Virus record (IMG/VR): IMGVR_UViG_3300045999_004281
Span: 1,819 to 65,818 of that record
Strand: one strand, 5' to 3'
DNA from: a virus
Lineage: Duplodnaviria; Caudoviricetes
Length of the DNA stretch: 64,000 nucleotides
Part shown: positions 63,168 through 64,000 of the stretch, in pieces
Numbering within the stretch: the stretch's first letter is position 1
Layout: each line of letters begins with the position of its first letter
Notes under the pieces: generated by a model
What the model was told of the DNA's origin: nothing
Database searches by the model: none
The model's input: only the letters and a program-made list of their open reading frames with translations
Position numbers and translations under genes: made by a program

Positions 63168-63758
63168 ATGCCATATAAGGTGGATGTGTGCGGGCTGTAT
63201 AAGCTGGTCAACAAAGCCACGGGGCAGTGCTACGTTGGGCAGTCGCAGCGTTGCAGGAAGCGCATAAAAGAGCATTTCCGGCTTTTGCGCGGCAACAAGC
63301 ACACAAATCCTCACCTGCAACACTCATACAACAAGTACGGTGCTGAGAACTTTTACGGAGCTATAGAGGTGGAGTGTCCGGACCTTGAAGAGCTTGACCG
63401 GCTCGAAGAGGCGTTTTTACAGGGGTCCGCGTGGTTTGAGCAGCCGACCGTGTACAACATTGCGGATTTTGCCAAAGCACCCATGCGGGGCAGGTCTCAT
63501 AGTGAAGAGGTACGAGAGCGTATTCGTCTCGGGCGGCGGGCGGCCAGCTTTGATTTTCAGAGTCCTGAGTACCGTAAAACACTGTCTGAGGCGCAAGTGG
63601 CACGCTTCTTTGCGGACCCGAAATTTGTTGCTAAACTCAAGTTCATTATTGAGAATGAAGCCATGTCGTACGCTGAAAGAGCCCGCCGACTTGGTTCGGA
63701 CACAAGCTCGGTTCGGCGTATGGCACTGAAGTATGCCCACCTAAAAGGAGTTCTTTGA
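63168..63758 (+). CDS. Free-standing GIY-YIG homing endonuclease
   Basis: GLYKLVN...YVGQS, RIKEH, LEE, YNI; NUMOD3-like MRGRSHSEEVRERI; AAGGAG RBS; lower GC than neighbours. Confidence 0.88.
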   Translation: MPYKVDVCGLYKLVNKATGQCYVGQSQRCRKRIKEHFRLLRGNKHTNPHLQHSYNKYGAENFYGAIEVECPDLEELDRLEEAFLQGSAWFEQPTVYNIADFAKAPMRGRSHSEEVRERIRLGRRAASFDFQSPEYRKTLSEAQVARFFADPKFVAKLKFIIENEAMSYAERARRLGSDTSSVRRMALKYAHLKGVL

Positions 63759-63986
63759 ATGGCCCAAACTCGATTCAACGGCCCTGTCGCGTCTGACAAC
63801 GGCTTCATCTTCCCGACCGCTACCGCCGCCGTTCTCGGTGACGCTACTGACGCGGTTAACACCGTCAACAAAGTCACCGGCAAGTCCGTCGTGGACATCG
63901 CCACGGGCGTCATCTATACCGCTACCGGCTCTTCCGCCACTAGCGCTTGGAAAGGCTCCAACGCGACTACGGTCACCCCGTCCTAA
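63759..63986 (+). CDS. Small virion structural protein
   Basis: AAGGAG RBS; MAQTRFNGPVASDNGF. Confidence 0.75.
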   Translation: MAQTRFNGPVASDNGFIFPTATAAVLGDATDAVNTVNKVTGKSVVDIATGVIYTATGSSATSAWKGSNATTVTPS

Positions 63987-64000
63987 TAGGAGCCCGTCAT

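Noticed and set aside
63083-63758. Group I intron carrying the GIY-YIG gene
   Set aside because: Flanking genes are intact, and there is no room for an intron core; the gene is free-standing.
1-64000. tRNA genes, integrase/att site, alternative genetic code
   Set aside because: No cloverleaf or T-loop signature and no recombinase seen by eye; genes pack tightly under the standard code.

Overview
The window is nearly the whole genome of a GC-rich dsDNA tailed bacteriophage, probably podovirus-like (tail nozzle plus three ejection proteins, no tape measure or sheath). A proteobacterial host is inferred. The sequence starts and ends inside the head-gene cluster, so it is permuted or truncated. 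Plus strand 1-28415 carries small basic virion peptides, adaptors, tail fibres with chaperones, a 2OG-Fe(II) oxygenase, holin/GH108 endolysin, nozzle, GNAT and ejection proteins. Minus strand 28473-53966 carries primase-helicase, SSB, SNF2 helicase, Cas4-like exonuclease, family A polymerase, VRR-NUC, a GP88-like protein, an AAA+/vWA-peptidase module and many small early genes. A control region lies at about 52060-54515. Plus strand 54516-64000 carries terS, terL, portal, GroES, scaffold, capsid genes and a GIY-YIG endonuclease. I saw no integrase, tRNA or CRISPR array. Most notable: (1) a candidate ~68-nt sRNA with its own promoter and terminator that is antisense to the RBS+AUG of many early and middle genes; (2) a three-way-junction kissing-loop RNA upstream of the primase; (3) an oriC-like cluster (AT-rich tract, IHF, two DnaA boxes, Fis); (4) seven dispersed CCGAC-N5/6-GTCGG palindromes; (5) a recurring hydrophobic-A-x-GG motif in putative virion-internal proteins; (6) a tandem trio of paralogues with a shared C-terminal motif. 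All protein family calls come from motif recognition by eye, not database searches.
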